Source: Haplodiscus bocki
Lineage: Eukaryota
Direction of reading: 5' to 3'
Assembly: GCA_965655095.1 (NCBI GenBank)
Contig: OZ296654.1
Location: 31,372,001 to 31,436,000, forward strand
DNA length: 64,000 bases
This document shows positions 63,161 through 64,000 of this stretch, piece after piece. Position 1 is the stretch's first letter, and each line of letters begins with the position of its first letter. Made by a program: the position numbers and the translations under genes. The notes under the pieces are model-generated. The model was not told the origin of the DNA and did not search any database. It was given only the letters and a program-made list of their open reading frames with translations.

Positions 63161-64000
63161 ATGTTTACTGCTTGTTTTTATTGCAAAAAACGAGAAATGT
63201 TTTTGATTGCCTCACATGCGGCTGTCGAATGCACTTTACAAGGCAATGCACGTAACACAACGAGGACGCAATCGAAGGCGCCACGGCACTTGGGAAAAAG
63301 ACCCTCCTAGTTTGCAACGCATGCGTGGATGACAAACAACCCGATAAACTCATCAACGAATCAGAAACGAAAGGCGAGCAAAACCATCAACTACAGAAAA
63401 TTGAGAAAGAAATGGCCGGCCTACAAAGCTCTGTCTCTGTAATAAAAACCTTCATGACCCAAGGAAAGTTCGCAGGCCCGTCAGACCCCGAGATTACTCA
63501 AACTGCTACAAGGACAACCTCTGTCAAAGAAAACTTGGACGAAATTCGAATCAGAGGAATCCACGAATCCAAGAATTATTTTGCTCGCGGCCGGCAAGAG
63601 CACAACTTCAATGAAGTTCAAAAAGTCTTGGAAAACATCAGTGTTGAGGCAGCAATAAGCGATGTAACACTACTCGGCAAATACGATACAAACAAAACTA
63701 GGACAATTCTCCTCAAAGTGCCAAACCCATACCAAAGACGCATGATTCTCCTATCAGCCTGCAAACTGCAGTTTTTTGGGAGGCCCGTCTAATTGTGCCG
63801 CCAACTATCTAAAAAAAAGCAGAATGCGAGAACCTGGCTCTCATCAGGAGAAGCGAGTTGTTACAGCAAGTCGCAAACCCAAGAGGCTTAAGTGTACGCG
63901 ATGGTGTACTATATATTCGTCACCGCAACAAATGGACACTTGACGGAGAAAACGGTAACAATTCGGGCACTGGTACTACTTGATTCTCTATGGTCCTCAA
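63161..64000 (+). mobile_element. LINE (CR1-like) ORF1 with PHD finger and RRM-like domain; runs off the window
   Basis: CFYC / DCLTCGCRMHFTRQC / LVCNAC (63170-63325), then coiled coil and DEIRIRGIHES...ISDVTLLGKYDTNKTRTILLKV (63325-63792). Confidence 0.8.

Overview
AT-rich eukaryotic scaffold (animal-like; no prokaryotic gene organisation) with two 200-N gaps. The only supportable host gene is the 3' half of a carbonyl reductase (CBR1-like SDR): two exons (899-1213, 5162-5341) separated by a ~3.9 kb intron. The final splice acceptor plus the first 51 coding nt is tandemly quadruplicated, and only the last copy gives an intact C-terminus. The remaining ~58 kb is almost all decayed mobile DNA: a Ty1/copia remnant; a Helitron-like relic (Pif1 helicase plus possible GIY-YIG) that appears internally inverted and partly amplified as a ~3.3 kb head-to-tail repeat; nested Helentron/DINE-like non-autonomous elements; three Ty3/Gypsy relics; two solo-LTR-like units carrying ORFs; a possible KDZ transposase; three LINE fragments; a Polinton/Maverick relic; and a BEL/Pao relic. 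Family calls come from manual translation across stops and frameshifts, matched to motifs from memory. No searches were run, and element boundaries are approximate unless stated.
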